Made by a program: the position numbers and the translations under genes | The notes under the pieces: model-generated | What the model was told of the DNA's origin: nothing | The model's database searches: none | The model's input: the letters and a program-made list of their open reading frames with translations, nothing else | Shown here: one piece after another, positions 28,707 to 37,352 of the stretch | Numbering within the stretch: the stretch's first letter is position 1 | Layout: each line of letters opens with the position of its first letter | Assembly (NCBI GenBank): GCA_016209945.1 | Contig: JACQVD010000083.1 | Location: 1-45,811 of the forward strand | Source: Gemmatimonadota bacterium | Lineage (GTDB): Bacteria > Gemmatimonadota > Gemmatimonadetes > Palauibacterales > KS3-K002 | Reading direction: 5' to 3' | Length of the DNA: 45,811 bases

Positions 28707-31517
28707 ATGGCAGAGCCGGGCATCCTCATCCGCGGGGCGCGCGAGCACAACCTCAGGAACATCACGCTCGAGATCCCCCGCGACCGGCTGACAGTCATCA
28801 CCGGTCTCTCCGGTTCCGGGAAGTCCAGCCTCGCGTTCGACACCTTGTACGCGGAAGGCCAGCGCCGGTACGTGGAGTCGCTCTCGGCGTACGCCCGCCA
28901 GTTCTTGGGGCTCATGGAGAAGCCGGACGTGGACTCGATCGAGGGCCTCTCGCCGGCGATCTCCATCGAGCAGAGGAGCACCGGCACGAACCCCAGGTCC
29001 ACGGTCGGCACGATCACCGAGATCTACGACTTCCTGCGGCTCCTCTGGGCGCGCTGCGGGACCCCGCACTGCCCCGAGTGCGGGCGGCCCGTCCGGCGAC
29101 AGACGCCGAGCCAGATCGCGGATGCCGTTCTCCAGTGGCCCGAGGGGAGCCGCATCGAGCTGCTCGCGCCGCTCGTGCGGGGCCGCAAGGGCGAGTTCCG
29201 GGACCTCTTCGAGAGGGCGCGCAAGGAAGGGTTCGTCCGGGTCCGCGTCGATGGCGATACGTACGACCTCGCGGCCCCTCCGAAACTGAACCGCAAGCTC
29301 AACCACACGATCGCGGTGCTGGTCGATCGCCTCTCGGTTCGAGCCGGCGACCGGAAGCGCCTCGCGGACTCCATCGAGGTGGCCCTTCGGATGGCGGAGG
29401 GCGTCGTCGAGGTGGACCTTGATCGGAACGGCACGCGGGAGGAGCACCTCTTCAGCGAGCGGTACGCGTGCCCCTCCTGCGGGATCAGCATCCCGGAACT
29501 CGAGCCGCGGCAGTTCTCCTTCAACTCGCCCTACGGCGCGTGCCCCGTGTGCACCGGACTCGGCGTGCGCAAGGTCGTGAATCCGGAGCTCGTCCTCGGC
29601 GACCCCCGGATCTCGATTCTTGAAGGTGTGGTCCTCCCCTGGGGCGCGCCGGGGACGTACGTGCGGAAGTACGTGATCGAGCCGATCGCCGCGCGCCACC
29701 GCGTGGATCCCAACACGCCGTGGGGCCGGCTCCCGGAGCGGATGAAGCGGGAGATCCTCTTTGGGACGAGCGACGGGACCTGGGAAGGTGTCGTGGCGCA
29801 GATCGAAGAGCGCTACTACGACACGGAGAGCGAGAGCCTGCGGGCCCGCCTGGAGGAGTTCATGGCGGACGACGTGTGCGGGGAGTGCAAGGGTACGCGA
29901 CTCCGAGGGGAGGCGCTGGCCGTCACTGTCGAAGGGCGATCGGTCGGCGATGTCGTGAACATGACGGTCGAGGAGGCGCACGCGCACGTCCGCTCGCTGC
30001 CGCTGCGCCGGCAGCCGGGAGAGCCCGGCCTGGATCCCGACGTGGCGGGCCCGATCCTGCGCGAGGTCATGGGTCGCCTCGCTTTCCTGGTCGATGTCGG
30101 GGTCCCCTACCTCACGCTGGGCCGCTCGGCGGACACGCTTTCGGCAGGGGAGGCGCAGCGGATCCGGCTCGCGACCCAGATCGGGTCCAAGCTCGTGGGC
30201 GTGCTCTACATCCTCGACGAGCCTTCGATCGGCCTGCACGCCCGCGACAACCGCAGGCTGCTGAGCACCGTGAAGGCGCTGCGCGACCTCGGCAACACGG
30301 TCGTCGTCGTGGAGCACGACGAGGAGACGATCCGCAGCGCGGACCATGTGATCGATCTCGGGCCCGGCGCGGGCCGCCACGGCGGGGAGATGGTCTTCGC
30401 CGGGCCGATGCGCGAGCTCCTGAGGCACCCGACATCGCTCACCGGGGCGTACCTGCGAGGCGATCGCAGGATCGAGGTGCCCGGCGAGCGTCGGAGCCCG
30501 CGCGACGACCGCTGGCTCGTGGTGCGCGGCGCGCGGCAGAACAACCTGAAGAACATCGACGTTCGCTTTCCGCTCGGCTGCTTCCTCTGCGTCACCGGGG
30601 TGTCCGGATCGGGAAAGTCCACGCTCGTGGAGGAGATTCTGTACCGAGCCGTCGCGCGACGCCTGTACCGGGCCCGCCTGCTCCCGGGCGCCCACAACGC
30701 CATCGAAGGGCTCGAGCACATCGACAAGGTGATCGACGTGGACCAGTCCCCCATCGGGCGCACCCCGCGGTCGAACCCGGCGACGTACACGGGCCTGTTC
30801 ACACCGATCCGCGACCTCTTCGCGAAGCTCCCCGAGTCGAAGATGCGGGGCTACGGTCCCGGCCGGTTCTCGTTCAACGTGAAGGGTGGGCGCTGCGAGG
30901 CGTGCCGCGGCGACGGCCTCGTCAAGATCGAGATGCACTTCCTCCCGGACGTCTATGTCGCCTGTGATGTCTGCCGGGGGAAACGCTACAATCGGGAGAC
31001 CCTGGAGGTGTTCTACAAGGGGAAGGCGATCGCCGATGTGCTCGCCATGACGGTGGACGAGGCGCTCGAGTTCTTCCACGTGATCCCACCGATCCGCCGT
31101 AAGCTCGAGACGCTGTCCGATGTCGGACTGGGCTACATCACGTTGGGCCAGAGCGCGACGACGCTTTCGGGCGGCGAGGCGCAGCGCGTGAAGCTGGCGG
31201 CGGAGCTCTCGAAGGTGGGCACCGGGCGGACGCTCTACATCCTTGACGAGCCCACCACGGGCCTCCACTTCGAGGACATCCGGATGCTCCTGGGTGTGCT
31301 CCATCGCCTCGCGGACAGGGGGAACACGGTGGTGGTGATCGAGCATCACCTGGACGTGATCAAGACGGCCGACTGGGTCATCGACCTCGGGCCGGAGGGC
31401 GGGGAAGAGGGCGGCCGCGTGGTGGCGGAGGGGACGCCCGAGCAGGTCGCAGCGGTCCCCGAGAGCCACACGGGGCGTTTCCTGCGCCGCGTCCTGCCGG
31501 CCCTGGCGGCGGCCTAG
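28707..31517 (+). CDS. uvrA: Excinuclease ABC subunit UvrA
   Basis: [54 protein letters not shown]. CxxC zinc modules are present. There are two ABC signatures ([24 protein letters not shown]). Length is 936 aa. Confidence 0.97.
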   Translation: MAEPGILIRGAREHNLRNITLEIPRDRLTVITGLSGSGKSSLAFDTLYAEGQRRYVESLSAYARQFLGLMEKPDVDSIEGLSPAISIEQRSTGTNPRSTVGTITEIYDFLRLLWARCGTPHCPECGRPVRRQTPSQIADAVLQWPEGSRIELLAPLVRGRKGEFRDLFERARKEGFVRVRVDGDTYDLAAPPKLNRKLNHTIAVLVDRLSVRAGDRKRLADSIEVALRMAEGVVEVDLDRNGTREEHLFSERYACPSCGISIPELEPRQFSFNSPYGACPVCTGLGVRKVVNPELVLGDPRISILEGVVLPWGAPGTYVRKYVIEPIAARHRVDPNTPWGRLPERMKREILFGTSDGTWEGVVAQIEERYYDTESESLRARLEEFMADDVCGECKGTRLRGEALAVTVEGRSVGDVVNMTVEEAHAHVRSLPLRRQPGEPGLDPDVAGPILREVMGRLAFLVDVGVPYLTLGRSADTLSAGEAQRIRLATQIGSKLVGVLYILDEPSIGLHARDNRRLLSTVKALRDLGNTVVVVEHDEETIRSADHVIDLGPGAGRHGGEMVFAGPMRELLRHPTSLTGAYLRGDRRIEVPGERRSPRDDRWLVVRGARQNNLKNIDVRFPLGCFLCVTGVSGSGKSTLVEEILYRAVARRLYRARLLPGAHNAIEGLEHIDKVIDVDQSPIGRTPRSNPATYTGLFTPIRDLFAKLPESKMRGYGPGRFSFNVKGGRCEACRGDGLVKIEMHFLPDVYVACDVCRGKRYNRETLEVFYKGKAIADVLAMTVDEALEFFHVIPPIRRKLETLSDVGLGYITLGQSATTLSGGEAQRVKLAAELSKVGTGRTLYILDEPTTGLHFEDIRMLLGVLHRLADRGNTVVVIEHHLDVIKTADWVIDLGPEGGEEGGRVVAEGTPEQVAAVPESHTGRFLRRVLPALAAA

Positions 31518-31546
31518 GACCGCGCGGGGCCGGGGAGCCGCGCACC

Positions 31547-32281
31547 TTGCCGCACCTCAACGCCGCCGCCAAAGCCTGGCTCGCCTTCGGCCTCGGGCCG
31601 CGTAGGGGGACGCCGCCATTCCACAGGGTGGGGAAGCCCCTCAGCGAAGCCCGCGTCGCGCTCGTGACGACGGGCGGCTTCGTGCCGCCGGGTGCTGTGC
31701 CCTTCCGCACAGGCAAGCGAGGCGATCCCACCTTCCGGGTGATTCCCCACGGGCTGGATCCCGCGGCCCTCTCGATTCACCATCCCCACTATGACCACGG
31801 CGCCGCGCGCCGGGACGTGAACGTTCTCTTCCCGTATCCGCTCCTTCAGGCGCTGGCCGACGAGGGTGTCGTGGGCCGCGCGGCGTCGCATCACTACTCG
31901 TTCATGGGCTACATCCCGCTCACGCGCGCCCTGGAGAAGAAGTACGCGCCGCAGGTCGTGGGGATGATCGAGGCAGAAGGAGTCGATGCCGCGTTGCTCG
32001 TCCCCGCCTGACCGACCTGCAACCGGTCCGTGGGACTGATCGCAAGGATCGCCGAAGCGCGCGGGATCGCCACGGTCTGCGTCATGAACCTCCTCAAGGT
32101 GGCAGAGCGCATCCGGCCGCCCCGCACGCTGCTCGTGGAGCGGGAGTTCGGCGCTGTGCTGGGGCCGCCGGGGGACACGGCGACGCAGCGCGCAACGGTT
32201 TGCGCGGCGCTCGATCTCCTGGAGAGCGCTGAGAGGCCCGGTGAGATCCGCGTGCTTGACCGGGCCGGGCGCGCCTCCTAG
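31547..32281 (+). CDS. Glycine/sarcosine/betaine/D-proline reductase selenoprotein B (GrdB/PrdB) family protein; in-frame TGA 32009-32011 read as selenocysteine
   Basis: Track ORFs 31547-32011 and 32030-32281 are in the same frame and are separated only by one TGA. The join reads ..VDAALLVPA-U-PTC-NRSVGLIARIAEARGIATVCV.., which is the U-x-x-C redox motif context of this family. Codon usage is continuous across the TGA. Confidence 0.7.
32024..32038 (+). promoter_or_regulatory. Candidate bacterial SECIS apical hairpin 12 nt downstream of the UGA
   Basis: CGGUCC-GUG-GGACUG gives 6 bp including one G.U, with G and U in the loop. An alternative, mutually exclusive hairpin is GACCG (32010-32014) / CGGUC (32024-32028). 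Confidence 0.35.
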
Positions 32282-32292
32282 AGTCCCGACGC

Positions 32293-32673
32293 GTGATCTT
32301 GGGAATGGGGCTCGATCTCGTCGATGTGCGGCGCGTTCGCGCGCTCCTGGCGCGCCATCGGGATCGGGCTCTTCGCCGCCTCTTCACCGACGCCGAGATC
32401 GAGTTCTGCTCCAGCGCGGGCGACGCGGCGGAGTGCTTCGCCGCGCGACTGGCGGCGAAGGAGGCCGCCTTCAAGGCCCTCGGCACAGGCGTCCGTCCCG
32501 GGGTGCGCTGGCGTGACGTGGAGGTCGTGCGCCAGGAGACGGGAAAGCCCGAGTTGCGCCTGTCGGGGGCCGCGCGCCTGTGGGCGGAGCGCCTGGGGAC
32601 GGCCCATGCGTGGGTGAGCCTCTCCCACGAGGGCGAGTTCGCCGGCGCTCTGGTCCTTCTGGAGTCTCGCTAG
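32293..32673 (+). CDS. acpS: Holo-[acyl-carrier-protein] synthase
   Basis: ILGMGLDLVDV.R......R......R.FT..E...C........FAARLAAKEA.FKALG.G....W.DVEV.....GKP.L.L.G. Length is 126 aa. Confidence 0.92.
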   Translation: MILGMGLDLVDVRRVRALLARHRDRALRRLFTDAEIEFCSSAGDAAECFAARLAAKEAAFKALGTGVRPGVRWRDVEVVRQETGKPELRLSGAARLWAERLGTAHAWVSLSHEGEFAGALVLLESR

Positions 32674-32725
32674 CGCCGGCAGAGACCGGTTCCCAAGCCC
32701 CTTCCGCGCCACTATCTTGGCGCAG

Positions 32726-32742
32726 TTGAAATTGAATCTCAA
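32726..32742. promoter_or_regulatory. 17-bp near-perfect palindrome TTGAAATT-G-AATCTCAA (Fur-box-like operator candidate) upstream of the cytochrome c/FTR1 gene
   Basis: Of the 8 symmetric position pairs, 7 are self-complementary (all but 5/13) about a central G. The site is an AT-rich island in GC-rich DNA. It starts 7 nt after a -10-like TATCTT (32713-32718). It shares TTGA.A..N..TCTCAA with the palindrome at 40628-40644. Confidence 0.5.
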
Positions 32743-32754
32743 CGGCTTGGCAAC

Positions 32755-34605
32755 TTGGAAACGTCTGTCTCCAAGCCATTGAAGCGCGTCTTGTGGGCCT
32801 GCGAGGTCCTGGTTCTGACGCTGGGCTCGCTGGCCGCCGCTCAACCGCCGGGCGCCGGGACCGCGGGCGCACCCTCCGACCCCGGTGAGCTGGCCGCGCG
32901 TCTCAGTCTGGCGGCCGAGGAGTACGCGCTGGGCGTGACGGCCGACGGGCGGCTCGTGAACCGGGCGGAGTATGACGAGGCGAGGCTGTTTCTGGACGCT
33001 GTCTCGCGGGATGTCGCGGCCTTCAGGCGGACATCGCCAGAGGCCGCGTGGTACGATCTCGCGCAGGCGGTTGACTCCGTCCGGGCCGTGGTCGAGAGGG
33101 TCGGCACACCGGACGAGGTCCGGCAGCGGGTCGGCGAAGCCCTTGCCATCCTAGCGGGTCGCCTCGCTGCGAAGCTCGTCGAGTGGCCGCTGCGCGCGCC
33201 GTCCCTGTCCTCCGGCCGCGCGCTCTATCGGGCACACTGCGCGGCCTGTCACGGTGTGGAGGGCCGCGGCGACGGTTCCCTGGCCGCAGGGATGGACCCG
33301 CCCCCGACCGACTTCACCGACCCCGACATTCTCTCGGCGACGCCGGCTCGCCTCTTTCACGTCGTCTCCCATGGGATCCCCGGCACGGCGATGAGCGCGT
33401 GGCGTGAGCGGCTCGGTCCGACCCAGCGCTGGGATCTCGCGGCGTATGTTCGGAGCCTGGCGGGCGACTCGGTCTCGGTGACGGGCTTCGTGGCGAGTCG
33501 TGGGGTGGACTGGGGAGGTGTCCGAGGGCTTCTCCAGAACGCCGTCCGTCGCGGTCTCGAGGGCGACTCCGAGGGCGCGGCGCAGGAAGCGCTGGCCGCC
33601 TACCTGGAGTTTGAGAAGGTGGAGAACGTCGTCCGGGCGCGCCGACCGGGGCTGGCGGCGAGCCTGGAGCGCGATTTCCTCGCGCTGCGCGAGGCCGTCC
33701 GAGGGCGGCCCGCTGAGGGAGCGGCGCTCGCGCGCCGGCTGGAGATGGATCTCGGGCGCGCGCAGGACGCTCTCGCCCGCGCGCCCGCGAGCCTGCGCGG
33801 AGTGGCCGAGTCGCTGACGATCATCGTCCGGGAGGGGTTCGAGGCGATCCTGATCGTCGGCGCGCTTCTCGCCTTGCTCGTGAAGTCGGGCCACAGGGCG
33901 CGGCGCCGGTCGGTTCTGTGGGGCGTGTTCGCCGCCGTCTGCGCGAGCCTCCTCACCGCCGTCGCCGTCGAAGGGATCTTCCGATGGAGCCCCGGTTCAC
34001 GGGAAGCGCTCGAAGGGATCACGATGCTTCTGGCGACGGTCGTCCTCTTCAGCGTGAGCTACTGGCTCGTCTCGAAGGTGGAGCACGCGGCGTGGGATCG
34101 TTACATCCGTGGGAAGGTGCAGTCCGCGCTGGCGAAGGGGAGCGATCTCGCCCTCGCGGGCGTCGCGTTCCTGGCGGTCTACCGCGAAGGGTTCGAGACC
34201 GTGCTCTTCTACAGGGCGCTCCTCGCTGCGGCGCCCTCTCCGGGTGCGGTGGTCCTCGGCTTCGCGGTCGGCTGCGTCATCCTGGCGGCGATCTTCGCGC
34301 TCTTCTATGGTCTGGGCGTACGGATCCCGCTGCGTCCCTTCTTTGCGGGGACAGGCGCCGTGCTGTACTACTTGGCGTTCGTCTTCGCGGGAAGGGGAAT
34401 CCACGAGCTCCAGGAGGCGGGGTGGCTTGCGACGACGGTGGTGCATGGGCTCCCATCGCTGGACTGGCTGGGGTTGTACCCGACCGTCGAGGGTCTTGGG
34501 GTTCAAGCGCTTCTCATTCTCGCCCTCGCCGCTGCGGTGCTGTGGGTCTTCATCATGAAGCCTCTGCGGCTCCGCGCCACGAGCCCCGCACACGTGTCGG
34601 AGTAG
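32755..34605 (+). CDS. Cytochrome c / FTR1-family iron permease fusion protein
   Basis: There is a signal peptide (KRVLWACEVLVLTLGSLAAAQ). The CAACH heme c motif has a downstream GIPGTAMSAW Met ligand region. A multi-TM FTR1 domain follows with two REGFE motifs (VREGFEAILIV, YREGFETVLFY). Start is TTG 32755 or in-frame TTG 32779. Confidence 0.85.
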   Translation: METSVSKPLKRVLWACEVLVLTLGSLAAAQPPGAGTAGAPSDPGELAARLSLAAEEYALGVTADGRLVNRAEYDEARLFLDAVSRDVAAFRRTSPEAAWYDLAQAVDSVRAVVERVGTPDEVRQRVGEALAILAGRLAAKLVEWPLRAPSLSSGRALYRAHCAACHGVEGRGDGSLAAGMDPPPTDFTDPDILSATPARLFHVVSHGIPGTAMSAWRERLGPTQRWDLAAYVRSLAGDSVSVTGFVASRGVDWGGVRGLLQNAVRRGLEGDSEGAAQEALAAYLEFEKVENVVRARRPGLAASLERDFLALREAVRGRPAEGAALARRLEMDLGRAQDALARAPASLRGVAESLTIIVREGFEAILIVGALLALLVKSGHRARRRSVLWGVFAAVCASLLTAVAVEGIFRWSPGSREALEGITMLLATVVLFSVSYWLVSKVEHAAWDRYIRGKVQSALAKGSDLALAGVAFLAVYREGFETVLFYRALLAAAPSPGAVVLGFAVGCVILAAIFALFYGLGVRIPLRPFFAGTGAVLYYLAFVFAGRGIHELQEAGWLATTVVHGLPSLDWLGLYPTVEGLGVQALLILALAAAVLWVFIMKPLRLRATSPAHVSE

Positions 34606-34663
34606 GGCTCGTCCTGAGATCGGGGTTCCGCGGAGGCCGGCAGGAAGGCGTCGGCGGAGACGG

Positions 34664-35878
34664 GTGATGAGCGTGACGGCCTTCCTCGCAGCGCTCGTCG
34701 CGATCCTCGCGGGCGCCAAGCTTTTCGGGGAGCTCGCCGAACGCGTCCGCCAGCCCGCTGTGCTCGGCGAACTCGTCGCGGGTGCCATCCTCGGGCCCAG
34801 CGTGCTCGGGTGGGTCGATCCTCACGCGGAGCCGATCCACCTCCTCGCGGAGCTCGGTGTCCTGATCCTCCTGTTCGAGATCGGCCTCGAGACGGATCTG
34901 CGCCGACTTCTGCGCGTTGGCTCGGCGTCGGCAGCCGTCGCGACGGTCGGCGTCCTTCTTCCGCTTGGCGGAGGCTACGCGCTGGGGCGCGTGCTCGGGT
35001 TCGAGCCGCTGCTGGCCCTCTTCCTGGGTGCGGCGCTCACGGCGACGTCGGTGGGGATCACCGGGCGGGTGCTGACGGATCTCGGCCGCCTCCAGGAGCC
35101 GGAATCGCAGGTCGTGCTGGGGGCGGCCGTCATCGATGATATCCTGGGTCTCGTGGTGCTGGCGGTGGTCGCCGGGCTCGCGGAAGGCAGCGGGATGAGC
35201 GGCGGTGCCGTTGCGCTGCTGGTCGCGAAGGCGTTCGGGTTCGTGGCGGTCGCGCTCGTCGTCGGCCGACTGGCCGCCGGGTGGCTGCTCCGGCTCGTGG
35301 ATCGTCTTCGTGTGCGGGGCGCGCTTTTCGTCTTCGCGTTTCTCTTCGCGTTGGTCCTCGCCGTCGTTGCGGAGGCGGTGGGCTCGGCGTTCATCGTGGG
35401 GGCGTTCGCCGCGGGCCTTCTGCTGGCGGAGACGGGACGCGCTCCCGAGGTGGAAGGCGAGTTCCGCGCCGTCGCGCTCATCCTTGTGCCGATCTTCTTC
35501 GTGAGCGTCGGTGCAGTGATGGACGTGCGGCTGTTGAACCCTCTGAATGCCGAGAACCGAGAGATCCTCCTCGTCACACTCGCGCTCACGGCGGTGGCTG
35601 TCGTGACGAAGATGCTGGCGGGCTACGCGCCCTTCTGGATGAAGCTCCAGAAGCACGTCATCGGGGTAGGGATGGTGCCGCGGGGCGAGGTGGGGCTCAT
35701 CTTCGCACAGGTCGGGCTCGCGGGCGGCGTTCTCGCCATCGCGGAGTACAATGCCGTCACCCTCATGGTGATGGCGACGACGTTCCTGGCGCCGCTGGGT
35801 CTCAGGGCTCTGTGGAAGCGGCGCCCGGGTCCGCGCGTGCCGCCGACCGGGGTCGCGGAACTCGTGGCGGAAACTTGA
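34664..35878 (+). CDS. Cation:proton antiporter (CPA2/Kef-type Na+/H+ exchanger family)
   Basis: About 12 TM segments. The N-terminus LVAILAGAKLFGELAERVRQPAVLGELVAGAILGPS is typical of Sodium/hydrogen exchanger family proteins. Confidence 0.85.
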   Translation: MMSVTAFLAALVAILAGAKLFGELAERVRQPAVLGELVAGAILGPSVLGWVDPHAEPIHLLAELGVLILLFEIGLETDLRRLLRVGSASAAVATVGVLLPLGGGYALGRVLGFEPLLALFLGAALTATSVGITGRVLTDLGRLQEPESQVVLGAAVIDDILGLVVLAVVAGLAEGSGMSGGAVALLVAKAFGFVAVALVVGRLAAGWLLRLVDRLRVRGALFVFAFLFALVLAVVAEAVGSAFIVGAFAAGLLLAETGRAPEVEGEFRAVALILVPIFFVSVGAVMDVRLLNPLNAENREILLVTLALTAVAVVTKMLAGYAPFWMKLQKHVIGVGMVPRGEVGLIFAQVGLAGGVLAIAEYNAVTLMVMATTFLAPLGLRALWKRRPGPRVPPTGVAELVAET

Positions 35879-35887
35879 TGAGAGCGC

Positions 35888-36253
35888 TCAGGCCGGCCAG
35901 CGGCCTCTGGGGAGGGGCGTCAGGGCCGAGAGCCTGGGTGCCAGTGCGGGCCCGGCGAGATACACCCAGACCTCCTGCCCGCTGACCCACACGCGGCTGC
36001 GCACGAAGAGACCTTCGCCGACGTTCTCGAAGTCGTCGAGCTCCCGGAGTAGAAAGTCGCCGTAGCTCGGGAGCTCGTAGAGCTCCCCTTCGACGAAGCC
36101 GGATCCGGCGGCGACGGCGGCAGGGAATCCCTCCGGTAGCGCGTACAGCGCGCCGGGCACCCGGGCCACGCCGAGGAACCGGCAGTCGCTCAAGAGCGCG
36201 TGGTGCGGCTGCCCTCGTTGCAAGGTGCCATAGACGAAGAGGATGTGGGCCAT
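35888..36253 (-). CDS. Gamma-glutamylcyclotransferase-like (AIG2/GGACT family) protein
   Basis: N-terminal LFVYGTLQRGQ..H.LL and GxLY.L..GFPA with a downstream E (GELYEL). Length is 121 aa. Confidence 0.75.
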   Translation of the reverse strand: MAHILFVYGTLQRGQPHHALLSDCRFLGVARVPGALYALPEGFPAAVAAGSGFVEGELYELPSYGDFLLRELDDFENVGEGLFVRSRVWVSGQEVWVYLAGPALAPRLSALTPLPRGRWPA

Positions 36254-36287
36254 GGCGGCAACCCGCGGCGGCGTTCCCGGCGCGGTC

Positions 36288-37019
36288 TTACAGGAGGAGT
36301 TTCCCTCCGTCCACGACCAGCACCTGCCCGGTCTGGTAGTCGGATTCGAGCAAGAAGAGGACGGCCTGCACCGCGTCCTCGGGTGACCCGAGGCGTTTCA
36401 GGGCCGTTCGTGCGGCGAGCTCGGATCGCTCGCGCTCGTCGGCGGAGTCCGGCGGGAGGACGGGTCCGGGCGCGACCGTGTTGACGAGAATCTGGGGTGC
36501 GAACGCCTTGGCCAGCACGCGGGTGAGCGCCACGAGCCCCGCCTTCGAGACGGAGTGGTGCGCGTAGCCCGTCCAGTGCTCGAACGCGGAGAGGTCCGCC
36601 AGGTTCACGATCCGTCCACCGCCCCGCGGCTTCATCAGGCGCGCGGCCCGCTGCGCGCAGAGGAACGGCGCCCGCAGGTTCACGGCGAGCACGCGATCCC
36701 AATCCTCCGCGGCGATCTCGTCGATGGGTTTCCGTTCGAATACGGCGGCGTTGTTCACCAGGATGTCGAGCCCGCCGAACTCGGACCCGATCTCGTCGAA
36801 CAGCCGGTCGATGTCGGCGGGGGAGGAGAGGTCGGCGCGGTACGCACGGCTGCGAACCCCCAGCTCCTGGAACTCCTGAACGGCACGTGCCGCCTCGTCC
36901 GCGGAGGTCCGGTAGTGCACGGCGACGTGGACCCCGCGTCGTGCGAGGGCGGTCGCGATCGCGCGGCCCAGGCGCCGGGCCGAGCCGGTGACGAGCGCGA
37001 TTCGCCCGGAGAGGTCCAT
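36288..37019 (-). CDS. SDR family oxidoreductase (pteridine-reductase-like short-chain dehydrogenase)
   Basis: Rossmann motif ALVTGSARRLG; NNAA; catalytic Y-x-x-x-K (YAHHSVSKAG); PG. Length is 243 aa. Confidence 0.85.
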   Translation of the reverse strand: MDLSGRIALVTGSARRLGRAIATALARRGVHVAVHYRTSADEAARAVQEFQELGVRSRAYRADLSSPADIDRLFDEIGSEFGGLDILVNNAAVFERKPIDEIAAEDWDRVLAVNLRAPFLCAQRAARLMKPRGGGRIVNLADLSAFEHWTGYAHHSVSKAGLVALTRVLAKAFAPQILVNTVAPGPVLPPDSADERERSELAARTALKRLGSPEDAVQAVLFLLESDYQTGQVLVVDGGKLLL

Positions 37020-37172
37020 GGGGAGAGGCCTGCCCGTTTCCTTTGGTCCTTCGGCCGCTGCGGCCGGGCTCTGTGAAAGTAGCGGCGGGTCTGGGCGCCC
37101 GCCATGAGTCGCCCTTCCGCAAGTCCCGGGGCTTGACGCGCCGAGTCTCCGGTTACACTATGTCCCTACCGT

Positions 37173-37253
37173 ATGAGCCGAACTGCTCTCGTCTATTCCG
37201 CCGGCTACTACACCTGGGGCGTCGCGTCCCGGGAGGAGCCGCGTTCGGGGTAG
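37173..37253 (+). CDS. Candidate 26-aa leader peptide MSRTALVYSAGYYTWGVASREEPRSG (aromatic codon cluster)
   Basis: Short ORF ATG 37173 to TAG 37251-37253 in the 5' leader of the aromatic operon. It contains Tyr 37194 and the run TAC TAC ACC TGG (37206-37217). No clear Shine-Dalgarno sequence is present. This call is speculative. Confidence 0.25.
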   Translation: MSRTALVYSAGYYTWGVASREEPRSG

Positions 37254-37297
37254 GAGGCGAGGTTGGGCTAGCATAGCAGACAGATTGGGTTGGACGA

Positions 37298-37330
37298 ACG
37301 GTGGCTCCTCTCGAAGCCGCCGTTTTTGTT
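37298..37330 (+). terminator. Intrinsic terminator/attenuator hairpin in the 5' leader of the chorismate mutase-prephenate dehydrogenase gene
   Basis: 9-bp stem ACGGTGGCT (37298-37306) / AGCCGCCGT (37315-37323, one G.U), an 8-nt loop, then TTTTTGTTT. It lies 23 nt upstream of ATG 37353. An alternative 10-12 bp pairing exists between 37231-37242 (GGGAGGAGCCGC) and 37301-37312. Confidence 0.5.
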
Positions 37331-37352
37331 TCCCTGTCACGCGGGACGGCCT

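Noticed and set aside
32744-32760. A sigma54-like TGGCAA motif downstream of the palindrome.
   Set aside because: The -12 element (TTGC) is missing at the required spacing. The sequence there is AAAC.
37043-37276. A 77-aa track ORF and its internal ATG 37160 ORF (MSLPYEPNCSRLF...) in the SDR/aro intergenic region.
   Set aside because: No family resemblance was found. The ATG abuts the candidate -10 hexamer, so it would lie upstream of the transcript start. The shorter frame with the YYTW cluster fits the attenuator geometry better, although that ORF is also speculative.
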